Source: Massalongia carnosa
Taxonomy: Eukaryota
Assembly (NCBI GenBank): GCA_965645245.1
Contig: OZ287078.1
Coordinates: 1,922,001 to 1,986,000 of the forward strand
DNA length: 64,000 bases
Reading direction: 5' to 3'
Under the pieces are notes generated by a model, which was given only the letters and a program-made list of their open reading frames with translations, did not search any database and was not told the DNA's origin. Below, in pieces: positions 1 to 11,572 of this stretch; positions within the stretch are counted from its first letter, which is position 1; each line of letters starts with the position of its first letter. The position numbers and the translations under genes were made by a program.

Positions 1-855
1 CCTCCGTCCGGAACGTATAACACATCGAAAAGAGGGAACTCCCGAAGACCCTTGTTACCGGCACACAGCAACATGATGTTACCTGTTCCTTGGGAATTAA
101 TACTCCTCCAATGCCTTGAATTGGTGGGCAATCGGATGTCTTGAATGAGGTGAAGATGGAGCGATCGTGGGTAATATGTTGGCTAGTTCCAGAGTCACAG
201 ATCCAGAGCTTAGATATTTTGGTTATATCCGCGGTGGCCATGTAGGCGCAGAAGGCTCCTTTGGTTGAGTCATTGTTTCCGGTTGGCTTTTGACTTTGAC
301 CTTGACTTTTGGAACTCCTGCGACGCTTATTGGACTTACGCCGTGAGTCTAGGTTAACGAGGTGTGGATATTTTTCACGACACTCGCTCTCTACGTGATA
401 GTCCTTTCCGCAGTGGTTGCAATACTTGATTGTCTTGGTGATGATTCAAGAATGGGCTGTTCCAGGTTGAGCTCCGCGTTTGAAACAGCTGCCATTGCGA
501 TTACGGCCTTATCGTTGGACTTGCTTGGGTTGGTCACCGTGTTTTGGAAATGCTGCATAGCCTGACTTAATGTGTGCTTGGGTTCACACATTTCATTGAA
601 AGGATCATGATCCTGAGCGAATCGTTCAAAATAGCTGTTGTATTCGAGGCATAAATTGGTATGAAAGCGATAGGTAAGCCAGTTTTCGTCCAGGCTTAGC
701 TTGCTTGAGAAGGTGCGAAGCTTATTGACCGTGGCGCGAAATTGGGTAATAGGGCTGCTGCAATCCGATAGGATAAGGTTGTCTAATTTTCTGAAGGTGT
801 CATTGAGGAATCCCGAACCGCGAGGCTTATGGTTTGATTCAAGTGAAGCCATCAT
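1..855 (-). mobile_element. Degenerate Ty1/Copia gag-protease fragment, continuing past the window start
   Basis: Minus-strand reading across a frameshift gives the zinc knuckle CNHCGKDYHVESEC, then the protease motif WICDSGTSQHIT and ...LFDVLYVP. Gag is shortened. Confidence 0.75.
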
Positions 856-1213
856 TGGGAGCGTTTGGTTCCATGTCCAGGTTGGTTTTCACTCCGTCGC
901 CGCCGAGCCCGTGGACGAAGACAATACTGTATGGTCAGTACCAAACAACCCGGACGAGACATGACATCTGGTGCGTACTATATTGGCGTCTGGAGAATCA
1001 AAGAGGGGGTCGCCTAATCCGTACAGTTCGGCCGTGCTGGCGTTGTCATCGCAACACAGAGGAGTCGTACGAAGGTTCGGGTGAAAAGTATTGACGGATT
1101 AAGCGAGAAAATCAAAATCGATCTGTCAATCTCAACAATCAAAAATATTACACCTTCAGTTCAACATGATTATTTTTACAATTGATAGCGAAGTCAGATT
1201 TACGTATGAACTG

Positions 1214-3076
1214 CGGAGGCGAATCTCAAAAGTAATGATAATACGCTAAAGACTAGCGCTGTAATTTAGATTTTCCATACCGAGCCTGAAATTCTACCAA
1301 CTATCTACAAATGCCATTATCAACCATCTAATCAACGTCTTTTTGGTCTGAAACTGGCTGCAGTACGAACCACCTTTTGAATGCGTGGGGGAAGGTGATT
1401 TTTCGGAGATAAAACGGCTCTTTTCCTCAATAAGGGGGGTGTCAATGGCTTCTGTGTAGGGGGCTCAGGGGTAACTGCCCTGACATTCAACGGGCTGGGT
1501 GTATCATCATTTGATTGTCTGGATGATGGTCTCGTTGACGCCACAGAAGAAGAAGAAGAAGAAGAAGCTGGTTTTGCTGTATTACTGAGCAATTCTTCCC
1601 TCAGCTGTTGAAGTCGCATTTTTCCTTCTTTGGTCCGTCCATCAACGTCCAAACGTCCTTCGCAATACTCATTTCCACCTTCCAATTCAATGACTTTTGC
1701 AATGTGACATGGAATTCTTTCAATCCATGCCTGAATATTCTCCTGAGGTAGATCGTCCCAAGTGCGATGCCACATAGATTCAGCAATTAACCGAGAACTA
1801 GGAGGACCTTTGGCAGTTGTACGTCGCTTCATCCAGGGCCAGCAAGGTTCAATCATGTTGAGATCAGGAGAATTTCCGGGCCATAAAAGACGCTCGATGC
1901 CATGATGAGAGAAGATGGGAATCTGATGCTTGGAAGCATGAGACGGAGCCTTATCTTCCTGTACGATCATTTCAGACAATCCGGCTTCTCTTCTTTTTGC
2001 ATTGCATTGCTGAGCAAAAGGAATCCCTTTTGGCAGAAGTATGACGTTTTGATACCGCCACCAATCAATGCCTCCTTTACCTTCTTTTCTGATCATCTTT
2101 CCATGTTCCTCATCCCATTTCCATTGCGGCTTTTTTCTTGTTAAATTGCGAGTTGAAAGACGTCTCATTCCATTGGTCAGCTCCCAATTTAATCTCTCAC
2201 TGGCTTCCAATGCAGCATTCATCTCGTCAAGCTTGGTTTTGGCTTCCGCTTTTTCCGCTTGTCTCCGGTTTCCAGCAATGACATGGCCCCTTCCAATCGT
2301 AGGAAAAGCATCCCCAAAACATGAAGTCATGAGCCCCATGCCACCTGGCACGTACGGTGGATTTGACTGGTCTTCTTCCTTCCTTGGTTGTACGCCAAAT
2401 TTTGACAGCTCCGCGACGGTGACCGAGCACTATTGCTGTTTCATCTGACCAAATAACCCGCTTCCAATCCTCCACGGTCCAGTCTTTATACAGGAGACAA
2501 AAAGCCAGTCTAGCCGCTTTCATTTCAGGAGTAAGCCCTGGTCTATACGACGGTTTGACTTTTTTATAGCCTCTTCGTTTCAGGATTCTCCACACGGTGC
2601 ATCTGGACAGTCCAACTTCTCTTGCCAACTGGGCACTGGTTTTTTCACGGGCGTATCTGTCTTTTATGACTAGATCAATGACTTCATCTTATTTCTCAGT
2701 AGTAGCCTTTCTTGGTCGACCAGATTTTTCTTCATGACGGGCATATTTATCAAGCACCTGCAAAGAAATGGCGGGATCAAATCCTCGATCCCTGGCAATG
2801 CGACGAATACGATAAATGTTGGGGACAGAATAACCTGGAGTAGCTGCAATAAATTCAATTGAGGCCGGGGTGCAATGAGACAACGTCAAGACCTGAGCCC
2901 GCAAAGAAATATCAGCTGATTTATTGACCAGGATGATGATTTGGTCAAATGTTGGTTCGTAAATGATTTGGGATGAGAAAAGGGGAAAGAAAAGGGGAAA
3001 ATTTGCTCGGTACGGAAAGTTTAAATTACGGCACTAGCTTTTAGCGTATTATCATTACTTTTGAGATTCGCCTCTG
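1214..3076 (-). mobile_element. Tc1/mariner DD34E DNA transposon with ~72-bp imperfect TIRs; transposase disrupted
   Basis: 1214-1285 (cggaggcgaatctcaaaagtaatgataatacgctaaa...) is the reverse complement of 3005-3076. TA follows at 3077-78; the left flank is TG. ORF pieces give SGRPRK, VIWSDET and QEDKAPSH-x-WPGNSPDLNMIE (D34E). Stop at 2689 and a frameshift near 2255. Confidence 0.9.
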
Positions 3077-3099
3077 TAGTAAACCTGAAAATTTGAGGC

Positions 3100-3340
3100 A
3101 TATTTTACACTCAATATTTGGTGAAAAAACCGTGATTTTTAATCAAAGCCCGAAAACTATTCCGCATCGTTTTGATCTATTTCACATGCTTATTCTTCAG
3201 CACCAAATCGTTCCATTCGTTCGTTCCGCTATGAACATATTCCTTGCGTTCGTGACTAAACGAGATATCGGTTGATATTCTGTTTACAGCCTTTCCACAT
3301 GTACTCGATAGGATTGAGGCCGGGACTCGAAGGGGGCTAG
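3100..3340 (-). mobile_element. 3' relic of a Tc1-like transposase, same family as 60631-61790
   Basis: Aligns by eye with the reverse complement of ~61555-61790; reads PPSSPGLNPIEYMWKGCKQ. Confidence 0.7.
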
Positions 3341-4126
3341 TGTATGATTTCTATTTGATATTGTCGTAACCACAAACGAGTGTAAAGGTAATCATTAAAG
3401 TAAGGGTGTGTACGGAGTGTGACACCATTAATTCTACGTCCCCCCTAAAATCTGCAGCTAGGTTTTAGGCTTTCAGTCAATTTTTTATACCCCTGCAAAT
3501 TTGTATGCAGGGATGAAGTTTTCCTTAATTTTTACCTTATAGCTTGAATTTGCAAATATTGTAAACGTTGTAGGGGGTTGGAGCGGTGATACTCTAAATT
3601 CAAATTGCTAGCGGTTCGGGAGTTGGTTCTTTTCGGCTGATACTCGGTAAAGGTAGCGGGGAAGTCAGGTGACAGTCTTTCTTTTAGTTTAGTTATAGAT
3701 AGTTCTTTTCCTTTTAGAGCAAGCATGCTCGTAGTAATAGCTACAACACATAACATCAACACATACAGTTCACAGGCACGAGGCATCAGGCACGAGGCGC
3801 GAGGCTTACAGTGATCAGTCTAGCTATTGATCTTATTCTATTGTTCTGTTCTTCTCTTGTTTGTTTGTTCTCTTGCACTCCTAGCAGTAGTGGACCACGC
3901 ACACTACCCAGTTCATCCTTCCACAAAGTCTAAAAACGAAATTGTTGAAGCTATTTACATAACTGAATTAAAATCATCTCTTCGAAGGCAATTGTGCAAT
4001 CCAACTGATCTCAGATTGCAAGCTTTGAGCTTAGCTGAGGCCAGCATCAGTACTAAAGAGATCGCAAAGATTACCGGCGTCAGCACATCTTCTATCTGTC
4101 AAGGACTGGGCAGGGGATTGAACTAA

Positions 4127-4544
4127 TGTTCCTAGGAATTGGATTGGGTGATTAAGATGTCTTTATTAATAAGGCTATAGCTAGGTGATGGATTGCTATA
4201 CAAGACGTCGGACAAGGAGTCAACTATCTAATTAACTTGTCCTTCCTGTTATATTTGTCTCGAACCCCTTTGCATGAAGATTCGATCAGTGTTCATCTCC
4301 CCCTATTAGGAGACGTACGGCACGAAGGTTTGACGAGGTGTTTGACGATAAAAGGTGGAGATGAGGTTCTCCTGTCGTTGGTACGCTTTGATAGTGATGG
4401 TACAGCTTTGACCTGAAGCCGTTGAGAGGGGTCTAAACTCGATTTAGTTAATGAGATACTGACTAAGCTGAATAGAGGAACGGGAGCTTAGTCAGATTGA
4501 TCTGCGGGATTGATTCTGGATCGGGTTGGTTCAATTTCATGACA
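4127..4544 (-). repeat. 3' LTR (418 bp) of a Ty3/Gypsy chromovirus
   Basis: TG...CA ends (tgttcc...gaca). On the minus strand it is directly preceded by the polypurine tract TTGAAAGGGGAGCT, downstream of the chromodomain stop. Confidence 0.7.
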
Positions 4545-4584
4545 GTAGCTCCCCTTTCAAGAGCTGAGCTCCTACGAAGCAGTT

Positions 4585-5472
4585 TTATTCATGACAGCGA
4601 CATCGAGGAATGGAACAGGGGGTGAGATATGGGCCGGATGCACCAGGATAGGCTTCGTGGAATTCGTCCAGAGCTTGTTGACAGTTGGTTAGTAGGTGAA
4701 ATGGCTCCCAGGTGGGGGTATGTCCTTCCCAGTTGACGAAATACTTGAGAAGCGGAGGTTGATAACGTCTGTCCAGTTTCGAGTTCAGAATGCTGTTGAC
4801 ATACCATTCTCGCTGTCCATCTTCGGCTATTCTTGGGTCGCGAAGCTCGGGAATTTGTCCTGGGAGGGGGTCGTCTGCGTCGTGTTGTAGCAGATTTACA
4901 TGAAAGACCGGATGAATTTTAACCGTGTCGGGGAGTTCCAGTTGAACAACAAGAGGGTTGGCGAACACCTTACAGACTCGGTAAGGACCGACATTTCGAT
5001 CGTTCAGTTTGGCTGCCGGACGGGCTGTCTGGATATTTCGGGTGTTCAGCCATACCATGTCTCCTACCAGATAACGAGGACAGGGACGGCGGTTCTCATT
5101 GGCGGAAGATTCGTATGAGGCCTGCGCGATCAACATCTATTCTCGTAGGTGAGTGTCTACGTCTCGCATCTTGTCTACGAATCGATTGGCGGCGATCAGA
5201 TTAGCGATTCCCTGGGCGGTCAGGTCTTGCGGAAGGGGCTCTTCGGGTTCGAATCCTACCCTGGGGTGTTGTCCATAATTAGCCAGGAAGGGAGAGACGA
5301 GAATGCTGGAGGAGTCGGTGTTATTGCTGGAGAATTCGGCACCGGGTAAGTACTGGGCCCAGTCATCTTGCATGTAATTGACGTATGCCCGAAGATAGTG
5401 CTCCATGGTTGCATTAGCCCTCTCGGTTTGGCCATCTGTCTCGGGATGAAAACTGGTTGATAGCCTAGGATC
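4585..5472 (-). mobile_element. Ty3/Gypsy chromovirus integrase C-terminus plus chromodomain, 5'-truncated
   Basis: [26 protein letters not shown]-type motif (NVGPYRV), IHPVFHVNLL, chromodomain EWYVNSILNSK...YFVNWEGHTPTWEP. One in-frame stop at 5137. Confidence 0.9.
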
Positions 5473-5517
5473 AATTCTATTGGAATTTGCCGAGATACCT
5501 GAATATTTGCGACCGAG

Positions 5518-5655
5518 TTGCCTCAGTACCTCAGACGTGCGTGGCTCAATGAGCCGGCTAAGCCCCTCCGGGTTAGCCTATTTTCGCTAAGCCCCTTCGG
5601 GTTAGCGTCGCTGCTGACTAACATCAGTGCGATAGCACGTCTGAGCGCAAAACTC
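5518..5655 (+). repeat. Left TIR and subterminal repeats of the AcademH-like element
   Basis: TTGCCTCAGTACCTCAGACGTGC..., two GCTAAGCCCCT(C/T)CGGGTTAGC units, then the 21-bp block GCACGTCTGAGCGCAAAACTC (5635-5655). Confidence 0.9.
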
Positions 5656-6019
5656 AAAATTACGGCCAGATCCGCGTAATAAAAATTTTAGCAGTGCAAC
5701 CATTCCTTTTATGGATTTAATACAATGATTAGGGTCGTATTAGTTTACCAGAGACTGTATTTTATACCAAAAACGCACCTCTCAAGATGGATGACTCGAT
5801 AATCATGTGTTATAACTACTGTCAGGCTAAGAAAAGCGATGTGAAAGTCGATTAAGTGATAAATTGTTCGCTTTCGCTCAATTTTGAGGTTGATGAACTG
5901 ATTATTATTTTCATGTGGCGCGATTACATTGAGTTACAAAGATCATGATGATATGAATAACGACGGCCAATCAATGGTATTGTATGATTTATCTAGATTG
6001 AAGCTATCTGACGAAAGCC

Positions 6020-8698
6020 ATGGCTCTTGTCGGGGGCCCCTCCTCGCCACTTACCGACCTACGGACAAGTCCCTTGACTCCCGCCGGTGCGCTCAAGCGG
6101 CCCCACCCATCGCCGTCAGGCAGTAATGATAGCTCACCCTCTTCCTCCTCCCCTCCTGCCTTACCTGAAAAAAATGGAGGCGCGAAACGCCACCGCCGGC
6201 GCGTATCAGATTACGACAAGCTGGTTGAGGTGCTTAAATTTCTGAGCTCTCTAAATTGGTCGGTAAAAGATTTTTTATCAACACTTTGTAAGAATCGAGC
6301 CCGTCATAGTATGCGAAAGGCGCAAGGCCAGCTCTTCGATTTTGTCTATGTCGATATTGTGCGGCAAGAAGACTTTTCAAGCCTCATTGGGCCTGGTAGA
6401 ATATCCACTATCCTTCGCGAGAGAGGATGGGTTTGGGCCGCGGATGTGCTTCGTGAAGAAATCAAAGCTTTGACAGATCACGCAGCCTTTGGCCCTTTCC
6501 AGCCGCCCTCTGCGACAGTCGAGTTTGGGACCTTGGAGGCTATTAAACTTGCTGCATCTGCCGCCAAGCAGTTGGCGCCACGATGGCTTGAGCTAATTGA
6601 TAGTGTTTGTCGCGAGGCTCGCCCGCAGGAACCTCTCGATGTGACGTTGGATTCTCCCAGCGGCCGGCACACCGTTATATTGGCAATGCTTTGTCACAAA
6701 TTGCGACCAAATAAGGCGACCAATATTCAGTCCGTCTTAGGCCTTTATATTTATCAAGGTGGGGCGAGGCGGCGAGTTCTAGATACACTCTGTCATTTTG
6801 ACCTGACGATGTCATATACTACCCTGCAGCGGCGCATGTTGTCCTTGATTAAGGAGGCCGAACGAAAGGCTCAGATGCTAGGACAAGGCTCAAACATGAT
6901 CTTGACATACGATAACTTTGACTTCGCAGAAGGTAAACGAGGAGAGCGCACGGGGGATAATAGAGACGTCAGATCAATCACTACCGCTCTAATTTTCCAG
7001 GGGCAAGGATTCGATGCCGGCGCTTTGAGGCAGGATATGTGGCGCCCCGCCACGCATCTTTTATCAGCTGAAAGAATTGCGCGAAAGCTGGAGACTGGTG
7101 ATCTCGAGATGCAGGTGAGTTCAATACAGGACGAGGTGTATATACCGCGCTCAATCGCTAATGCACCGCGTACCTAGATTCGTCTTCATCATCTAGAGTC
7201 AGCGATTCGAGCGCTTTATGGCCCAGAGATCGGCGACGTTCAACTTCCTTGGTCGACTGCAATGCCCGTGCTGAATAAGATGAAAAAATACAAGACCAAT
7301 TACATTCCTATCAAACCAGTCATGAAGGATGAGAGCACAACATCTAATAATATTCAAATATTGGAGGATATATTTGTGCGACAGTTCAAGTTCAAGGAGG
7401 ATGACTCGACGTTTGCGAGCGTCATTCGGCTTATCTATGGTGACCTCAAGACATGGTCGAGAATGCAATCTGTCAAGGAATTACGTCGTGGGATATCGGA
7501 GCAATCTTTCGATCGGTTCGACTGGATTTTACCGGGATTAGGGTTATGGCATCTTCGCTTTAACATGCTGCAGCTTATTCATAAAATACATTGGGGAGAG
7601 GCCCAGCCGGTTGATCCTTCGACTCTTCAATATGCCGCCGATCGGTGGGGCCGCGCTCGTGTCGTGCAGCCGAACGATTTCCAGGCCTTAGAGGATCTGA
7701 TCATTCAGAGCTATCAAGCTAGAATCGTTGGGACGTGGATTAGGTTTTTACGAAAGGATGGATATGCTCCGCAGCGAATCGAAGCAACTATTTCGTGGCT
7801 CACAGCGCAGACTTGCGGGCAGGATGGCACCTGGATGAATATGTTGGGCAGGATATCTCGCAAACTTCACGCGGAATTACCCTCAACGTCAATAGATATG
7901 CTTCCTCCAACGCTTGATCAACAATTTCAGAATCATCAGAACTTCTGTGATCACGTTGAATCGTATCTAACACTTCGATACGCAATCAAATATGCGGATA
8001 TTGGACTACTTCGTCACGCATTGCGCCACGCAACGGTGATCTTTCAGGCAAGCGTAGCTGGCACCCCGAAATATGCGCAAGCTCTTCTATACACCCTTCA
8101 TGCGATTGATTCTTCCGCAGCGACCATAAGGCTACAGGAAAGTATTTTAATGAATAGTCTTGTCAATTTACGCGGTGACGAAGAGTCGAGTTTTGAGACT
8201 GATCGGCTTTTAGAGATACTAAACAATAACCTCAAGACGTTCCAGCACGAGCGATCTTATTTTTCAAAGTATAGTGACACCTTGCTCGAGAACTGGGCAC
8301 TCAACGGTCCATATCTTATGAAGCTCAAAGAAATCGTTGAGTTTTACTTTGGAAGAGTCAACTCTTCAAGGCATCCAGCAAAATCGGCCGCAGAGGATGT
8401 GTGGGGCATGGCTACGGCACTAGCGCATAAATCACTCTGTAAAAGAAGCTATGATCGATTTTCAACTAATCCAACAGCTAATCTTTATGTTGAGGGATTG
8501 AAGAAACTTGGAGAAAATGTATTAAAATACAATCAGCAGTATCTTTCCGAAGAAATTTCAAAAGAAATTTCAACAGACGACCTTGAGGGTAAGTATGAAG
8601 CCGAGCCCGATTTTGTCAATGAAACAAAGCAGGTCCCCGACAGCCCTGTCATTTCAATGGCCCGTCTCGAGATATCCGGCGGTATGTTTTTTGATTAA
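6020..8698 (+). CDS. Putative Academ-type (DUF6589-like) DDE transposase, ~871 aa, 2 exons (6020-7114, 7178-8698)
   Basis: Intron 7115-7177 (GTGAGT...GCTAAT...TAG) joins the two ORFs in frame. Motifs: LTYDNFDF, LIYGDLKT, PGLGLWHLRFN, KYADIG, NSLVNLRG...FETDRLLEILNN. Lies between TIRs. The true start codon is uncertain. Confidence 0.8.
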
Positions 8699-8757
8699 AT
8701 CATCGATACCACGAGATAGCCTAGTCATGTAAATCCGCGCCGCGCGGCTTTACAGAG

Positions 8758-10934
8758 TCAGAGGTAGCGGACGGGGCACTTTCTTTCTTGTCTAGATCGT
8801 GTCGGAGGAAGGGCCATGGGTACATTCAGCGACAACGCTTCCATAGGATCTCGAGGCGCTTTTTTGGTCTTTGATGCCTTCATCGATGATTTAAGAGCAT
8901 CAACATTGTCAACAACGAGCGCCGCATCGGAGATATTGTGATTAGGCGCAGGATTCTCGCCCGATGGCTCCGTGCTCTCGCTTTCCTTCGAGACTTTCTT
9001 CTTGACCGCATTTCGCTTTTTAAAAACCTTTCTCGACATATATCCTTGTTTGATCATCCAGTTTTTCCTCCGTTCCTCAAATTCAATACTGGCGGAGTTG
9101 CATGTTAGGCTGGGTAATCGTTTTCTCTTTATGTCGTTGTGTCGTTTCCATTCCTCGAACATGTCTCCCTCGTCTAATCTCATTGCTTGACCCCGCTTTA
9201 AAATTTCTAAAAGCTCGGCGCCGTAGGGCCTAATACCAGTCCATGTGTTACCAATCCATCGCCGCATGGTGGGCTCGTCCACAATCTGATCCGCCCAAGT
9301 GGTCAAAGAATTCAGTACCTCATCGGGCATTATCAATGATGGGAAGTATCGCATATGTGAATTTGGGAACTTTTCCTGCGCCTTGGCCTCCCTCCATTCT
9401 CGAAGTTTAAGGGGTGAACCAAGGCCGCCTAGACGAGTCACGCTCGGCCGTTCTATTTAACATCTCATTGGCGGCTGTTGATGTCTGAAAACTTGGATCG
9501 CAAATTGAACAGCAAGGTTGCGGCTTAACATAGGCCGACGTTGGATACACTTTATCATTGAAGAAATTCAAGCCAATACCTCGAACGCAACCATCTGAAG
9601 GCACATTGATTATCTCCCAAAGACCCGGTGGCATATCTCGTCGCCGATCAGCATCCTTTTGATTGATGCGGCGTTTACTGGCCTTGGATTCAATCTCGAT
9701 TCCCGCGTCATATCCATCCTGTTCGTCCATTTTTGATCCGCTTCTTGGACCCATGCACCAAGAAGGATGCAAAAGAGTAAAATGCGCCTGTCCTCGACCG
9801 CAACGCAAAGCACGACCTAAACGTTGGTATAGCTTCGCCATTGACGAGGGTAGCAGCCATTGCGTAACTCTCATAACGTCTGGATTATCAATACCAAGCC
9901 CGTATGAATCCGTTGCGATCAGGATTCGAGGAAATTTACATTGATTCGAAGGCATTTCGAAGCGAGCCGCAATCCTTTCTTTGTCTTGGGTGGCCATGTC
10001 GGAAAAGAAAGGCGCGACCCAACTAGCAGCCTCAATTGGATAGGACAATTGATTCATCCATACTTTCATTAGCGCACACGCCTTTTTGATAGATGAAATT
10101 GAATCCATGAAGATAATCGTTTTCGGAATATCAAAAGGACTCTCAGCCCGTGTTGGTAAAAGATGTTGAAGATCGATCATGCTGTTCATAGGCCGCTGTA
10201 GACTGCTTGTCTGTATGTATATCTCTGGACGATCAAGCGCTGTTTGAATAACAGTACTTTCGTTATCAAAGCCACAGCGATCTTTAACGCTCTCTAGGGT
10301 TCTTGGATCCAGCGTTGCAGACGCACCCAGAAAAGGAATACCATCTGGTAATCGTGTACGAAGCACACCGAGATTGAAGTATTCGGGCCGGAAATCTCGC
10401 CATTCGGATACAAGATGCATCTCATCAAGAGCTAAAAGACATAAATTCAAGAAGAAACTTGGATGCCTCAGAACCTCCTGATTAAACAGCTTTGACGTCG
10501 CTATCTCTGGGCTAGTAAAAACTATTCATATTAACGAGTAAGTTTTTATATTTATCTCAATCATAATTTGAATACACACCATGCGTATAATTGTTTTCAC
10601 GAATTAACTTTAAATTAGAAGAATTATTACTATCACCGTCCAACACGAAAGGCTTGCATCCCTCGATAACGCTCAATTTCTTGCACTGTTGAGCTTCTAA
10701 GGTCTTGAGAGGCATGATAATTAAAGCGATCTTAAGACAAGAGAACATTAATGGCATAGCTTGAAAGATAATACTCTTTCCAAATCCAGTCTTGGCGATA
10801 AATATCAGATCCTTTTGATCTTGTGCTAAAGTCATGATAGCGTCAACTTGCTCATTCTTTGGATAAAAGCCGAATTTACTTAAAATCACGGTCGTCACCT
10901 GCTCGCGAGTTATCGACGCTATAGGATCGTCCAT
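8758..10934 (-). CDS. RecQ-family SF2 DNA helicase with Zn-binding and HRDC-like C-terminus; one intron and one apparent +1 frameshift
   Basis: Motifs: Walker A AKTGFGKS, FTSPE (formed by splicing intron 10522-10579), DEMH, FRPEY, GASAT, ATDSYGLGID, QRLGRALR, C..R...CCSICDP, and HRDC-like KLREWRE...IMPDEVL...YGAELLEIL. The frame breaks at the G4 run 9411-9414. Confidence 0.88.
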
Positions 10935-11382
10935 TTCGATGTGTTCGCGAGCGATATTCGACGATTCGCGAGTTGGATTCTTAGCCCGCAAAACGCACAT
11001 CAAGCAAGTTCATCACATTCAACGATTTTAGGCTTTCGAAAACAACGCTCGGAGGATCAGATTAATGATCAGAAGCGCCGACAATGAAAAACTGGAGCTA
11101 GTGACCCGTTGAGTCTGCTGTGGTGGTGTCGAAATTTCGAGTCAAAGTCGAGTCCTCGTCGCGAGATCGATATTGCGACTCAATTTTGCATCGATATGTA
11201 ATTAAAATATTGATTAATCGATAGAATGTAAATCAAAGCATCATTTCTATTATTACATAATTTATGAAATGTCGTTGCGCGTTGTTGATTCCGCCGTCAA
11301 CTTGATTCTTGATGATTTTTGAGGTTAAGCCAAAAATTTGTATGAGCGCGCACCAAAATAAGCCGGATCTGACAAAAATACA

Positions 11383-11572
11383 GAGTTTTGCGCTCAGACG
11401 TGCCGCCCGTAGCATGCGTAGTCAGCTAAAGGGCCGCTAACCCGAAGGGAATTAGCGACGCTAACCCGAAGGGAATTAGCGACGCTAACCCGAAGGGGCT
11501 TAGCGAAAATAGGCTAACCCGGAGGGGCTTAGCCGGCTCATAGAGCCACGCACGTCTGAGGTACTGAGGCAA
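11383..11572 (-). repeat. Right TIR and subterminal repeats of the AcademH-like element
   Basis: Reverse complement of the left end, with two extra 24-bp units (GCTAACCCGAAGGGAATTAGCGAC-type). Confidence 0.9.

Larger units (their letters stand above)
5518..11572. mobile_element. AcademH-like DNA transposon (transposase plus RecQ helicase), full length
   Basis: 95-bp TIRs at 5518-5612 and 11478-11572 with one mismatch. CGACCGAG is duplicated at 5510-5517 and 11573-11580. Two convergent genes fill the interior. Confidence 0.88.

Noticed and set aside
3990..4100. HTH-like peptide DLRLQALSLAEASISTKEIAKITGVSTSSI
   Set aside because: Possibly a Tc1 N-terminal scrap, but too short to call as a feature.
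5929..6019. Extra upstream exon for the transposase via a 41-bp intron (5977-6017)
   Set aside because: The spliced frame hits TAA at 5958-5960 with no in-frame ATG.
8758..10934. Helitron, host Sgs1 or telomere-linked helicase
   Set aside because: The helicase is SF2 RecQ rather than PIF1, there is no HUH Rep, no telomeric repeats occur in the window, and the gene lies inside TIRs with a TSD.
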